A stretch of DNA of 64,000 nt. Origin: the human T2T-CHM13v2.0 reference genome, Homo sapiens. This document shows, piece by piece, positions 32,230 through 48,800 of this stretch. The translations under genes were made by a program, and so were the position numbers. The DNA is taken from assembly GCF_009914755.1 (NCBI RefSeq), contig NC_060928.1. The stretch is one strand, 5' to 3'. The notes below the pieces were generated by a model. That model was not told the origin of the DNA, did not search any database, and saw nothing but the letters and a program-made list of their open reading frames with translations. Each line of letters begins with the position of its first letter. Within the stretch, counting starts at the first letter, position 1.

Positions 32230-32850
32230 TATGATCATCAGGTTAGGATGATTGATTGAGATCACATATATTAAAGGCATAATTAAGATAATATGTGACA
32301 CATGGTATGTGCTTAATAAATGCTAACAGTGATTGTCATTATTATTATTATTATTATTGTCATTCATTCACTCAATAATAGTTATTGAGTGTCTTTTATA
32401 TGTCATACACCATTGCAGGTTCTGGAGATTCAGCAGCAAGTCAAACAAGTTTCCTTCTCTCATGGAAATTACATTATAGTAGGTGAACAAAGAAAATAAA
32501 ATAATTTAGATTATGGCTGGTGACAAGAAGTGTTTTGTCGAGAAAGAAAGTGAGTACATAAATAGAGAATGATGCAGTATGGGGTTGCAGAGAGAGGGGT
32601 GCCATTTACACAGACTGTCCATAAAGTGAAATTTGAGTAATGCCCTGAATGATGTTCAGGAAAACATCCTCTGGGTGACTGAGGGAAGAACATTCCAGGA
32701 TGAAGGATCAGAAAATGCAAAAGCTTTGAGTACATTTTGTGTTCATGAATGACTAGTGAAGCCAGGGTGGCTGGAACAGAGTATACTGGGCAGAGAAGGT
32801 GGAGAGGACATCCATAAAAGAAGGCAGGACACGGTCATTTAGAGCTGTAT
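32230..32850. mobile_element. MIR fragment (about 32230-32350) followed by antisense L2 (about 32360-32850)
   Basis: GGTATGTGCTTAATAAATGCTA; TCATTCATTCACTCAA..TTATTGAGTGTC; GGGAAGAACATTCCAGG. Confidence 0.6.
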
Positions 32851-35692
32851 TTTAATGTTTCTGTTTGTCAGTCTTTCTGCTTTCTCCTTGCCCCACTCAC
32901 ATTTACAGGTTACAAAGCCACCCGGTATCTCTCTAAAATGCAATTCAACAACTCTACTCTTTTGCTGAACAGCTTTCTGGGGTGTACCTTCATTTACAGG
33001 TCACTTTCAATAACATTCAGGGGTGGCCATGGTTTGCCCTCTGACTTGTTCCTTGACACATATCTAGTCATGCAGTGCCTTGCATTTTAAGCTTTCAAAG
33101 CCCCATGTTGGGTTGCTTCCCCCCAGGCACAGCATGCTAAGTTTATTAGCATTTATTACATCTCATTTTCTCTTTCCTGTGTCTAAATAATCTTTACTCA
33201 CCTACTGAAATTCAGTCCGCTGTCATTTCCTCTGGGAAGCCATTTGTAACTGACTTGGGTTTGAAATAGCTGTCCCTTCTTCCTTTTCATGTATTCTGTA
33301 CATTTGCATTTGTGATTAATGCATTTATTCCCTCCATTAGTTTTGGTGCTCCTTGAAATTAGGTGATGGGAGTTCCTTTCAAGGTTAAGCACTGCAACTG
33401 ACATATATTAGACAATATTTAATAGGTGAATAAATGATTAAGTAAAATATCCCTAAGAAAGTTTTCTGTCTCCCATTGGAACACAATAACTATATAAATT
33501 TCCAAATGTTTCAAAATTATTATAGAAAATGAGAACATTATGTTCACCTTTTTCATATAATATACTTTTATCTTTCCTTCAGAATTGAAATAAACTGAAG
33601 CCTTGCCTCAGATCATAAACTACTTTTGGTAACTTCAGTACACATGCATTTAAATTAGCTTTATAAAATCTTTGAACACACTTGCCAGTATTTATAGGGA
33701 TATTCTTTTTTGGACAAGTACATTCACTGTTGAGGAGTACAAATTTTTTCTTCTTTAGAATAATCATTTTAGAACTCACTTTCTTATTCTAAGCAGTAAA
33801 TCCCCTAAAGACTCATTCTAAATGGTCTCCAGTGATTCAAGAAACCAAGAGACAACTGATCATGTTGAAAAACAACACTTCTTTCTGGTTAAATAAGCAT
33901 TTTGATAACCTTGACTAGAAGAACTCAATTCTATTGTTGAGCCCAAGCAACCTATTTCTATTCACATGTTTTTGCTTTTTAAAACGTTAGTTGCTTACCT
34001 TAGAAATAAGAAGTCAATAGGAAATAATGCCATCAATAAAAAAGTGCCATTTAATAAAAAATTACACTTGAGGACAGAAAAAAAATTTTAAGATTATTTT
34101 TCTATGGGTTTCTCAAGTAATCTTCTGAGTTCAATACTCATGTCAGTGAAGTATTTTGTAACAATCCAATTTAAAATCTACAGCAGAGCTTTCAATATCC
34201 ACTCAAAACCTAATGCACTTTCAATCAACAGATAACACAAGATTTTAATAAAGAAATATTTATTATAATCATAAAATTGTATACCAGAAAAATTACCCTG
34301 AAGCTAGTCTTTATTTCTTTGTGTTATCTGGAATTGTATGCCATAACTCTGACATATGGGGTTATCACATCAAATAAAGGCATAAACTGTTTTCACTTCT
34401 ACAGTTTAATTGGAAAAAGCTGATTTCAAAAAAGAAATGTTGCTGAATGCTTATTAAATGGCTTTAAAAATACATCATTGTCTTCCAGAATTTTATAAGG
34501 TATCTGGAATGTCAAGTTCAGGGTTTATTTATTTTATATGCTTGAATATCTAGGAAAATTGTGCACTGAACTTATCAATGCTTAGTAATTATTTATGGTA
34601 CAGAATGTTCTTTTACTGTGTGTGTAAATACTAGAGTATTTCCTTCTGCAATTAAAGGTTTCCATACATTTTCCCTTTATGTTTAAAAATTACTATGATA
34701 GTAGTCATCATTTCTTACACTTAGTTTAACTCATTTAGAAAAATAATGACAATCACAACTTTATTATAGTAATTAACATATACAAATCATTATTAATATA
34801 AATGAAATGAAAATTTATAAAAGTAAATAAGCAGAGAAAGACAAATTAATATTGTTTCTGAAGTTAGACTGGCAGAAAGCTTAGAAATTGACTAGTTATA
34901 CTTTTACTAATCTAGGGATATTAGAAAACTCTTTGAATATATCTTTCTCATATTAATTAGTAAAAGTCCTCATAAATGAGCAAAATTTAAATTTAACAAA
35001 CCTATCGACCCCCGATATATCCAGATATGTGTGTTTAAAAGAACATAAATATGTGAAAGTCACAATACTTCCCTTTAATATAGTGGGAGAAAAAGGGCAT
35101 TTTCCCAAATTGCCCTGAAGCTAGTCTTTTTTCCTTTGTGTTATTGGGATAAAATGTTAGTATACATGCTTGATGAAATACACACACATTCCCAAATCAG
35201 GGGGATGAAAATAAGAAAAAGTCATGGGTGAGGTGGATTTGAAAGAAGTAGAATTTGTTGAGGCAGTGATTATGGTAAGAGAGGAGCAGAAGATAATGAA
35301 ATAGTAAAATCCCTGAGATAGGAAAACAGCCACATCCAGTGGAAAGCAATATCTTTATATAATTGATCCATATAATTCATTTTTCTGGGGAAGGTCATGG
35401 GGAAAGGCTGATTTAGATATGAAAATAGTGGGCCTTGACTGCCACAGTATGTCATCTGCACATTGTCTCTATCCAAGGAAGAGAACATAAAGCTTTTTGA
35501 GCACTGGTTTCAGGAGCCTTACTCTTGCTCTAGTAATGTTATATAGACTGGATTGTAAGAGATTATATAGTTCCTTACAGTCGGCAGACTATGGACAGGT
35601 TGTCTACACAGTGGCAAGCATACACATCAAGGTGTTTCTTATGTGTTCTATAGAAATAAAGGAAGATATATAAGAATATATTTCCTTAAACT

Positions 35693-35960
35693 CATAAACA
35701 AAGACAAATATCTCATGTTTTTATTTACAAATGGGACCTAAATAATGCGTACATACAGACATAGAGTGTGGAATCACAGATATTGGAGACTTGGAAGGGT
35801 CGAGGGGTTGGAGGGAGGGTAGATGATGAGAAATTACATAATGGGTACAATGTACATTATTTGGGTGACAGATACCTTAAAATTCCTGACTTAACTACTA
35901 TGCAATCTATACATGTAACCAAATTGCACTTGTACTCCATATATTTATACAAAAAAAAAA
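35693..35960 (+). mobile_element. L1PB/L1MA-type 3'-end fragment
   Basis: GACATAGAGTGTGGAAT..ATTGGAGACTTGGAAGGGT..GAGAAATTACATAATGGGTACAATGTACATTATTTGGGTGA..TGCACTTGTACTCC followed by A10. Confidence 0.85.
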
Positions 35961-36259
35961 CATTAGGAGAGCATTTAGTTTTTACAACTCAATTTATGGC
36001 TTGTCATTGGGACTCTTGCTCATTTAGTAAAACGTGTATTCTCAGGGAGGCTTGAATTCCATAGGACAGAGGGTTCGTCATTGTTCCCTCGCTGTCACAT
36101 AAACTTTCAGCTTATTTTGATATTATATAATTATGTACCAAAATATCCTAAATATGATTAGTGTTTTAATAGAACACATTTGGATTGTAAAGTTTTACCT
36201 CATTTGTTATTGACATAAGTTATTATCATTAAAATCTTTGCAGCCCAATATTTTACTTG

Positions 36260-37140
36260 CTACTTTCACGTAGTCCTTCAAAGAATTGTGAATCTTAAAG
36301 CTGAATTTTGTTATTTTTATTTTACAAAAATGGTGCTCTGAATTTGTTGACATTTTGTTGAATGACAAGCAACTGCCAGTAATAACCTATTGAGGTGTTA
36401 TAAAATTGAGAATAAATATAAAAGTTCTGTTCTGTCAACAGAAAGGTGACCTTTTTACAATGAGTGGGAAAGTTATTTCTTTTCAAAACAAGCTTGTGCT
36501 ATAGACATTGCCATTTTAAAAACAGGTGTTTGAAATTGTGCCAGTTATCACATAATTTTATTGTTATAATAAGGCTAGTAAGTTAGATTTAAATCCCTTA
36601 TGTAACACATAAGAAAACCCAAAAAAGGTAATTGAAAATGTAATTTTCTTATCTATGTAAAATCTTCTCAACAACTAGATTCAGGAGAAATTTAAACAAA
36701 TTTACTATGCAATAATTTCCCATTCACTTCTAAGTGGTTATTATCAACTTTTTAATAAAGAACTGTGAATAGTTGGTTGTTTAGGTTAGATATGCTAATC
36801 AGCAGAAAGATATTGTCAATAGTGATAGCTTCCTTCCTTTTAGATCTATACATCTTTGATGGTATATTTTTCAGGCATGACAGCCATTAAAATATAGTTG
36901 TGAAATAAACTTATAACAAGGTTTATAAATTGCTAAACCACAAAACGAAGATGATCAAAAATAGAATAGCAGAATTAATGAAATTTCTTTCATTATTGTC
37001 AATATTATATTTTATTTGGCCTAAGGCCTTTTTCAATAATTTAAAACTAAAATATACATATGTTCCTTTAAGAATCTCCATCTATATAAATGCATTATTG
37101 TGCAGATAATATTTACAACAACATGACATTTATAACTAAA
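36260..37140 (+). mobile_element. Decayed hAT-Charlie transposase region
   Basis: Manual translation across frameshifts: VVLQRIVNLKAEF..., KGDLFTMSGKVISFQNKLVL*, and LPFRSIHL..FSGMTAIKI*L*NKL, resembling the hAT C-terminal dimerisation motif LPFxSTYLCExxFSxMxxIKTKxRNxL. Confidence 0.65.
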
Positions 37141-37566
37141 TCCATATTAATATTTGAAGAGACCCCTGGTATAGCTTAGGAATTTCTGTATTTTCATATA
37201 TATGGACTTTCTCCTTCAAATAAAATCTTCCTGAAGATTCAGCCACATATATTAATAACACACAAATTTTTGTTTTGAAGATGAATTTGCTATGGGCTTT
37301 GGGGCATATGTGAGAAATGGCAATCATTCAGCATCTTCTTTCCTGACTTCTCTCAACAGCTGGAAAGCCCTGGATCTGATAGAACAGTTTGTAAAGCATG
37401 AATGTAAATGATGATTAAAGGTTACTTTGAACAGGGTAATGGCATATATGACTTGTTTCAACTTTTTAGTTAAAACTTCTTTCTTTTTAATTTAAGCTAT
37501 ATTGTTTCATTTTAATTGGAAGATATCTGACCACTTAATAATACACATATAAACACATATAAATAT

Positions 37567-37832
37567 TGTGACAGATTAAAGGTGGTCACAAATTCTTTGA
37601 CATCCCTCCTTTTGAAAGCGGGGGACTAAGTTCCATCCCCTCAAATCTAGGCTTTGAGCATGCGGAAGTGAGGTTTGTCACTTTGGGACCTAGTTTGTGA
37701 GAGGTTTGGAAGTTTCCACTTTCTTTTACTTGGAGCTCTGGACTTAGTGTCCAAACTGTGTGAAAGCCCATGGTAACCACATGAAGAGGCCATGAGAAGG
37801 GAGAGGAGAGTGGTGGGGTTAGGGGTGGGTTG

Positions 37833-37890
<58 letters not shown>

Positions 37891-38095
37891 CAGAGACAGA
37901 AAAACTTCACTAGAGAAACTTCACTAGCTTCAGCTGATTCAGCCCCAGCCATTCTAATTATCCCAGCAGAGGCCCCAAAGGTTGTGATGCTGAGAAAATC
38001 CAGGCTTTGCCCAGACTTCTGACCCAAAGAATATTGAAACACAATAATAAATTGTTGTTTGAATCTCTTCGTTTTGAGTAGTTAACAAAAACTAC
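37567..38095 (+). mobile_element. MLT1G/H-like MaLR solo LTR with internal (GA)n
   Basis: TGTGACAGATTAAAGGTGGTCACAAATTCTTTGACATCCCTCC start; TGCCCAGACTTCTGACCCA..AATAAATTGTTGTTT end. Confidence 0.8.
37836..37885. repeat. (GA)n microsatellite, about 25 units
   Basis: Pure AG run. Confidence 0.95.
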
Positions 38096-38893
38096 TCAAA
38101 AGCACTTGGTGAAATAATTCAAATGACATTTGAATAATTTTTTATTTTGAAAATGTTCTGTTCTTAGATGATATTATTTCTGCAGACAAACAAAAAGAAA
38201 TGTTAGCTCATGCATGTTAATAATAAATTGCTTATTAGCTTTTAGTTGGCTTTATTACAGTTCTTAATTCCTATAACTGAGAATGCAGTCCCATTATTCT
38301 TTGCACTTACAGTAGATTGCTTCTAGTTTCACTTTATTTATGTCACTGCCAGAGAACACCCAGACTTTTCACACTGCTGTTTCCTTCCATGTATTTGCAA
38401 AATAATACCATATTTGTGAACATTGCCACACCATTTAAAACTTCTGCCATGTATTGTGGTCAATTCCTTGCCAATAAACATTCTTATACAAATGATTTCT
38501 ATATCTTCATAGTATTTCATAATTGTGTTTAAATATGCTTTATTTTTTACTTTTAATCATTTTGGTCATGATTACTTTCCCTTATGATTTCAGGGAGGCT
38601 GCTATAGGTACAGCCATCATGCCTATGTTCAAGGCAAGAAGAGAAAAAGACAGCAACACGTGGATCTGTGGGATATTAACAAAAATATGTAGATTTTATA
38701 GAAATGGCCATAAATATATAATATTCCTCATTCTGTTGACCATTCTGCCTCCAGAACGTGATGGCCTGGTTTAGCTAGACACATTTTTTCCTCTCAAATT
38801 GAAGATTATTTTAACAGAGAAAACAAGGTTGTCGGTAATGGTTTTGCCACTGTTCACTCTTAATCTATTAGAAGTCAAAAAATATGCTTGGAA

Positions 38894-38970
38894 AGATAGA
38901 TGACTGATAGATAGAAAGATAGATAGATAGACAGATAGATACATAAAATAGATGGATGAATAAATAGATA
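38894..38970. repeat. Degenerate (GATA)n repeat
   Basis: GATAGATAGAAAGATAGATAGATAGACAGATAGATA. Confidence 0.85.
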
Positions 38971-39684
38971 AAATACCCAGTACCCATGTAAGCTAGATTT
39001 CTGGAACATGTAATAAAAAGGATTTGGGGAATTTTAATTTTTTTCTCATAAATCTGTATAATTTGAAATATCCTACAGTCATATTTGATATTAACCATGT
39101 AGACTGACTTAGATGTTTAAAATAATGCAAATTGAATAGAAATGCTCATAGGAACATAAATAAGAGGCATTTGCCTGATTCAAATTTGGGTTTTAAAATT
39201 GAGCATAAAAGAAAAGGTTTGACTTGAATTTTTGTTTTTGCAAAGACTAGATACAGAATGAGCAACTTATCATTAGGTTAAAGTACAAGACCAAACTAAG
39301 AAACATCCAAACAAAAATATTTGTAGATTGACTAGGATATAACATATCATATCTCAATATTATTTCAGTTACTCAGTACTCCATATTGGAGCATATTTTC
39401 TGTTTATTTACTGTGAGTTTTTAAATGTTGATGTATATAATGCAATTCTCACACCCTCACTTCATTCTTGAAGACTTGGATGCTGTTAGTGTCTCATTTG
39501 CCAATCCAAATTTCTATTGCTGTATGCTATTACTTAATATTTCCGGCATTCATGTCATTGTCATATGTTTTTCTTTCCATTCAGAATATTCCCTACATTG
39601 AGAGTAAAAGTGACGTATTTTCTTTTTTCCTTCAGAAAAGTGATACAGTTTTTACTTTTTCAGTTGTTAAAAAAAAGCTAAGCT

Positions 39685-39688
<4 letters not shown>

Positions 39689-39735
<47 letters not shown>
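39689..39735. repeat. (TG)n(TA)n compound microsatellite
   Basis: About 14 TG units followed by about 9 TA units. Confidence 0.95.
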
Positions 39736-39736
<1 letters not shown>

Positions 39737-40090
39737 ACTTCAATATGTAAGATTTACATTTATTAACATACCCTTAGCTTTAAAAGGTTTTCTGTCCCAA
39801 ATATACATTACACAAACAAGCATTATACAACACCACGAGGTTTGTAGTCTGAGGAGGAATGCTTGATTTAAATTGTGACTGCAGCAGTTATTATCACAGA
39901 TAACCCTGATAGAAATTGATAAAAAAGGAAACACTATTTTTTCCCTGTCTTTTCTTTTTAACTTTGTTTCTTCCATCAGGAGTCCTGTCAATTCCATGAC
40001 TCAGTCTTTTCATATACACAGTAAGTATTTTTGAACTACTGTAAACAAAACTCTGGAAATACACTGGTGAACAAGATAATCCTTGTCCTG

Positions 40091-40431
40091 GGCCAGGCCA
40101 TAGTGGTTCACGTCTGTAATCCTAGCACTTTGGGAGGCCAAGGTGGGTGGATGTCTTGACCAGGAATTTAAGACCAGCCTGGGCAAAATAGCAAGACCTT
40201 GTCTCCACTAAATACGTACATACATACACACATACACACATGCATACATATATACATACATACATACATAGCCTGGCATAGTAGTGTGCATCTATAGTCA
40301 CAGCTACTTGGGAGGTTGAGGCAGGAGGGTCATTTTGAGCCCATGAGTTTGAGGCGGCAGGGAGCTATGATTGTGTCATTTCACTCCACCCTCGGTGGCA
40401 GGGAGAAGTCCTGTCTCTATAAAATAAAAGA
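40091..40431 (+). mobile_element. AluJ with linker expanded into (TACA)n, inserted in an L2 fragment
   Basis: AluJ diagnostics AGCCTGGGCAA..ATAGCAAGACC and GAGCTATGATTG; TSD core ATAATCCTTGTC at 40076-40087 and 40432-40443. Confidence 0.9.
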
Positions 40432-40719
40432 ATAATCCTTGTCTTAAGAAAATTTGTAGGCAAGTGATAAACACTTGAACTTAAGGATCTTGTATTTTTG
40501 TTCTCAGTGGTCTAAAAAACTGTTATGCTCAATTACTAATTAGGCTTTGTAATAGAGGTATGACCAATCTCTCCTGCAATCAAAATACTTTATCTTTTTT
40601 AGTTTTATTACTTTTGAGATATAAGCAAATTGATAAAATGATGAATGTTCAAACTAAGAGAGCTAAAACAGGAAAAGAAAGGATAAAATGTATATGAAAA
40701 ATATATATATTTAAAATGT

Positions 40720-41300
40720 ATATGAATTAATGTACGTTAGATGAGTTATTTAGAAAATTGGAGGAATTTAAGATGGCACCAATATCTAGATAGAATGACA
40801 TGGTGGATCCTCATGCTATCTTCCAAGAAATGAAATAGTGGAAACAATTTTGGAGAGACGAAAGAAGAGCAGTTCTGGTTTGAACATTTAAGCTACATAG
40901 TAGTAGAGATACAACTCATGGTTTGAATTTCAAAATAGGAACCTGAATTATGAAATACATTGAGTGGTATAAAATGTAAATTATAATTAACAATAGAGGT
41001 AGTTAATAGAATCTTGGGAGAATGTAGAGTGAGAAGAGAGCAGAAACTTGGGAAGTGGCCACTTTAAAGGGACAAGCAAGGTGACAAAAGTATGTCTATT
41101 ATAAAGACCAGAAGAGTCTTTCCCTGAGAGGTAGTAGGAACAGATGGAAAGAGAGTCTTCATAGAAGCCAGTGAATATGGAGTAGGGATAGACCACAGCA
41201 TCATATACTGCCAAGGAGTTGAGAAATCTAAGGAGTGAAAAATCCATTTGGATTCAGCAACTGCATAATTATTCAGTCGAATTAGAATGGGTCAGTAGAA
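40720..41300 (-). mobile_element. L2 fragments
   Basis: AGTTCTGGTTTGAACAT, GAGAGGTAGTAGGAACA, CATAGAAGCCA, CCATTTGGATTCAGCAA. Confidence 0.55.
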
Positions 41301-41313
41301 TCCTATTGATAGA

Positions 41314-41730
41314 AGTGGTGCTGTTTAATGACCTCTTTTCTGGAAGACAATATACAAACCAAAGCATGAAACTCTGACTTGCAGCATTTACCAGATTCTA
41401 AGGTGTGAATACTCCCTCCATGGCTGATTTGAGGCTCTCAATTTTTGTGGAGATACAAATCATTATGGGGAACCATTCTGTGAAATTTAGACCATACAGA
41501 TACAATAGATACTAACAACTTTGAGGGCATAGAATATAATGACTTATAGAAAGATAATTAGGAAGTGATAAGTTTTGAATAATTGCTGCCTTTGTTTTAA
41601 TATAATTTATTTAATTGCAACTTTATATATACTAATTTATTTTTAATAATGCTGTGTTAGGCTCAAAGTGTTCCTGAAAATTTAACAACTGGCAAAGAGT
41701 ACCAGTATGACCCAGCTCCAACACCCTACT
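41314..41730. mobile_element. MER63-like (hAT-Blackjack) element
   Basis: TTGCAGCATTTACCAGATT..GGTGTGAATACTCCCTCCATGGCTGATTT and terminal CCAGCTCCAACACCCTACT; related to the 26.5 kb element. Confidence 0.6.
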
Positions 41731-42241
41731 GTCTAGAGGCCTAATAGGAATGGATTGAGGAATAAGTAGAGATGAGGAACTAGATAAAATAAAGATTAGA
41801 CAACAAATTCCAGCAAATTGGTTGTAAAAAGCATCAAAATTATGAAGGTGTATGTGTGTATACTCATACGTGTACATGTACATGTACATGTTTTTAAAAG
41901 AAAAAAGTGTTGCTCATATGTGTGCAGTGAGTGTAATGAAGCCAGTGGAGAGAGAAAGTTTTACAAAAAAAGAATTAATGACTACATCATATCTCTACCT
42001 TGCTATTGGGTATCATCTGGATGAAATTATTTCATTCATATCATGTGTCAATGATATACCACTAATAATGTATTACTCTCTGTTGTTGTTATTGGTATTA
42101 GGCATTAAATGAGCTATTGCTTGCAATACACTAAACTGAAACTACTAATAAATAAATTGAAGGTTAAAATTTAGCTTATTACACAGTGAATACATGGATT
42201 AAATCTAGTTATACGTTCACGTTCTTATAAGGAATTATTAA

Positions 42242-44703
<2,462 letters not shown>

Positions 44704-45027
44704 AACCAGTTTATTCATTTAAATATGTATTTCTTTGTTTTTTAACAAATAAAATTTTCTTCACCTCTTTTCATATTTGTTTGGAGCTGACATAGATCTC
44801 ACACCAAAATATGAGATCAACATTTTACAGAATTCACACTGATTACAGCTAATGAGCTATTCTTTTGTCCTATGATGTATGTATTATGATTTTTAAAGCT
44901 TTCTCTAAACTTTATAATCAAAATTGCATAGTACTGTCAAAGAAATTATTCTAAACTATGACTGTAATTAAAAGGAAATTCTATTTAAAGCAAAAACAGT
45001 TTATTATTAGGCACAAAATAAAATGTA

Positions 45028-45543
<516 letters not shown>

Positions 45544-45844
45544 TTAAACACAAGCTGGTAAATCTATATCTATCTATCTATAACATTTTTTGACCTGAAA
45601 CAGCAAAAATGAAAAAATATTAACAATTGGTAAATTATTATACTAATATTAATTATGTAATGATTTTAATTATTTTTTCTGAAAATTTTTATAAAATATT
45701 TTTTAAATGGGGATCTAATGGAGAAAATGGTTTTCTAAATAAATGTTAAATTATAGGGTGCATATTTATTTATTCATAATTTTATAAGGGAGAAAATAGT
45801 TTCTTCATTTTTATAAACTTTTTACTTTAAAAATAAATAAAAGT

Positions 45845-48800
45845 GGTTCTGCTTCCAATCATGGTGGAGTAACTGGTACCAGATATACCCTTTTGATGCA
45901 ATCATAAAGCTAGACAGAATATTTAAAATAATTTTTTTGGACATTAGCCAATAGGCAGTAAAAAGAAAATGACTGTGGAGACAGCTATAAGCTTGCCTCT
46001 GCACTTTTCCTACAAGTAGATTTTAGACCAAAGCACGTGAAGACAGACACTAAGCAGAGATGACAGTACTTCAAGGTGAGGAGGCAGACATAAATTAGGG
46101 GCTGCGGCAACAGTTGGAATTTGTGGAACAGCATATTGCAGAGAAGGGAACTGTGATGCAGGAAATCCTGGGTGTTGTATGAGATACACTGCCGGTGTTG
46201 TCAATAGAATTTTGAAATATGTATACACAGAGTCTGCAAGGCCTACCAGAGAGTAGTTACCACAAGGCTGAGAGGTAAATGGAAACATTTGCACTGTGAT
46301 GAGAAATGTTGGACTTTTTACTTAGCCAGAGTACAGATATCTTACTGTGTACCTACGCACTTAGTTGATATTTGAGAAAGACCATATTTTAGGAAAAAGA
46401 GTGATACTCCCTAGGACTAAAGAAAAATTGAAATATATCTCACCAAATTAAAGTAGAACAAACCTGAAAGGTTTGAAAGAATCCATTAGTAATTTAACTG
46501 CTCTCTTTTAATGAACATAATTTAATGTCCTTTAAATAAAGGTCACATAATCCAGACTCTACTCAGTGTATCACACAATGTCAGGTATGTAATCACTAAT
46601 TAGTATGCATTTAAAGAAGCAGGAAAATAAATTCCTCAGTTGAGGTAAAAAGATAAGAGAAACAAATTTCAGTATGAACCACTGTTATAATTGGCCCACC
46701 TGTTATAATTGGCACACACAGGCTTTAAAACACTCATTATAAATATATTCTGGAAATAAAAAGAATAGCATGACATAATGAAGTAATGAATAGAGAATGT
46801 CAGTGGAGATATTCAACAGTCAAATGAACAAAGCAGAAATTCTAGAACAGGAAATTACAGTATCTGAAATTTTTAAAATTTCATGTGAGCTTAATCAAAG
46901 ATTTGACTTCAGAGGAAAAAAAAAACTTTTTGCGAATTTGGATGCAGACCAATAGAAATTATCCCACTGGAGATAAAAAAAGGTGAATATGAAAAAAACC
47001 TAAGTAGCTTATAGGCCAGTATCATGCATGCTTAGATATGCATAAGTAGAATTCCAGAAAGAGAGGAGATATTACGGGACAATAAAAAAATATTTAAAAA
47101 AATGGCTTAAAATTTCCCAAAGGTGGAGTAAAATATGAAGCCACAGGCCCAAGCAGTATAGTTAACACCAAGTAAAAGAAATACAAAGAAAATCATAGTC
47201 ATGCACATTGTAATAAAACTATTATTAGCCACAGACAGAAATTTTTTAAAGCACTAATGGGAAAAAGTAACATTATACGAATGGGACTATGATACATTTA
47301 CTAGCGAGATTCTCATTAGAAACAATGGAGATCAAAAGACAATTTAATGACATTGTTAAAGTGTTTGTTAAACAAAAATACTGTCATCCCAGATATTTAG
47401 TAAAAATATTCTTCAAAATTAAGGATAAAATATATACTTAAATAAATTAAATGTATGGAAATTTGTTACCAATTGACCTGAACTATCAGACATGATTAAG
47501 AAAGTTCTTCAGCCTGAAGGTACATGATACCAGATAAAAACTCAGATTTTCAGGAAGAATAAAAAGCACCGGAAAGTACACGCACGAATTAATATTTTTA
47601 AATAAACATATATACAACCTTTCTGTTTCTTACATTTGTAAGAGATAAGTGACTATTAATCCCCCAAATTATAAAATTGTATAAATATGTTTGTAAGATA
47701 CATAGAAATAAAATATATGACAACATTAGAAAAAAAGAAAGAGTGGAAATGAAATTATATTGCTAATTTAGTATTACATGAAATGGTAAAATATGCACTA
47801 TAACTAGACAGAATAAAACTAGCAAAATAAAATAAACGAAGAACAAATGCTAAAAGATAATAGAGGAAATTAATTCAACTGAAAATAATGAAAAATGAAT
47901 CGAGTAAGTCACAGATAAGTTGAAAGTAAAGGGATGCATGGAAAAAGATGTATCAATGCAAAGAGTAGCTGTAAGTAAGCTCATATGTATGTACTATTAT
48001 CAGTTGAAGTAGGCTTCAACACAAGAAGTGTTATCAGAGGTAGAGACTGACATTTCATTGTAACAAAAGGGAAACTTTCAACAATTTTAAGGCTGTTTGT
48101 CCCTAGTGTTAGAATACCAGTGTACATAAAACATACATTAACAAGTTAACAAAACTAAAGGGAAAAAGATGAATCCAGATTAATAGTTGAGTTAAACATA
48201 ACTCTTTCAGTAATTGATAGGAGACAAGATCAGTGAGGAATTTATATTTATCGTCCCTTCCTATTCCCTTTCTTTTGAATATTTATTTCTCCTCTTCTCT
48301 TCAATTTTCTTCCTTTCTATTTTCTTCTCCTGAGGTTGTAGGGCTGGCAGCATCTGTATGGAAGTATAATCAAGGCTGCCGGACATGGCAGATGGATAGG
48401 TCTGTCCCTGGCTGACAAAGCAGGCAGGGCTGAGAAGGCTAGCAAAGTTGGCAATGCCTGCATTGAGCTATTTTTATATTTGTGTGTGCATGTGATTATT
48501 AAATTTTCAACAAAAGAGTCGAAGTAATTTTATGGTAAAAAATCTTTTCAAGAAAAATATTTGCTCGAACAACTGACTATCCACTTAAAAAAAGAAAAAG
48601 AAACCTTGACCTCCACCTCACAGATTTCACCAAAATTAATTTGATATATATATATATATCATATATATGTAATACATCTAAGCATAAAAGCAAAGCATGT
48701 CAAACTTCAGAATAAAACAAATGAGAAAATCTTAATGACTTTGAGGTAAACAATGATTTCTTAGATAGGGCACAAAAAGCAATTACCATAAAAGAAAAAT

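Noticed and set aside
37586-38042. ORFs with SLSLSL runs
   Set aside because: Produced by the (GA)n microsatellite inside an MLT1 LTR
41868-41891. Self-complementary (GTACAT)n run, and the (AT)n palindrome at 48642-48661
   Set aside because: Ordinary low-complexity alternating purine-pyrimidine repeats
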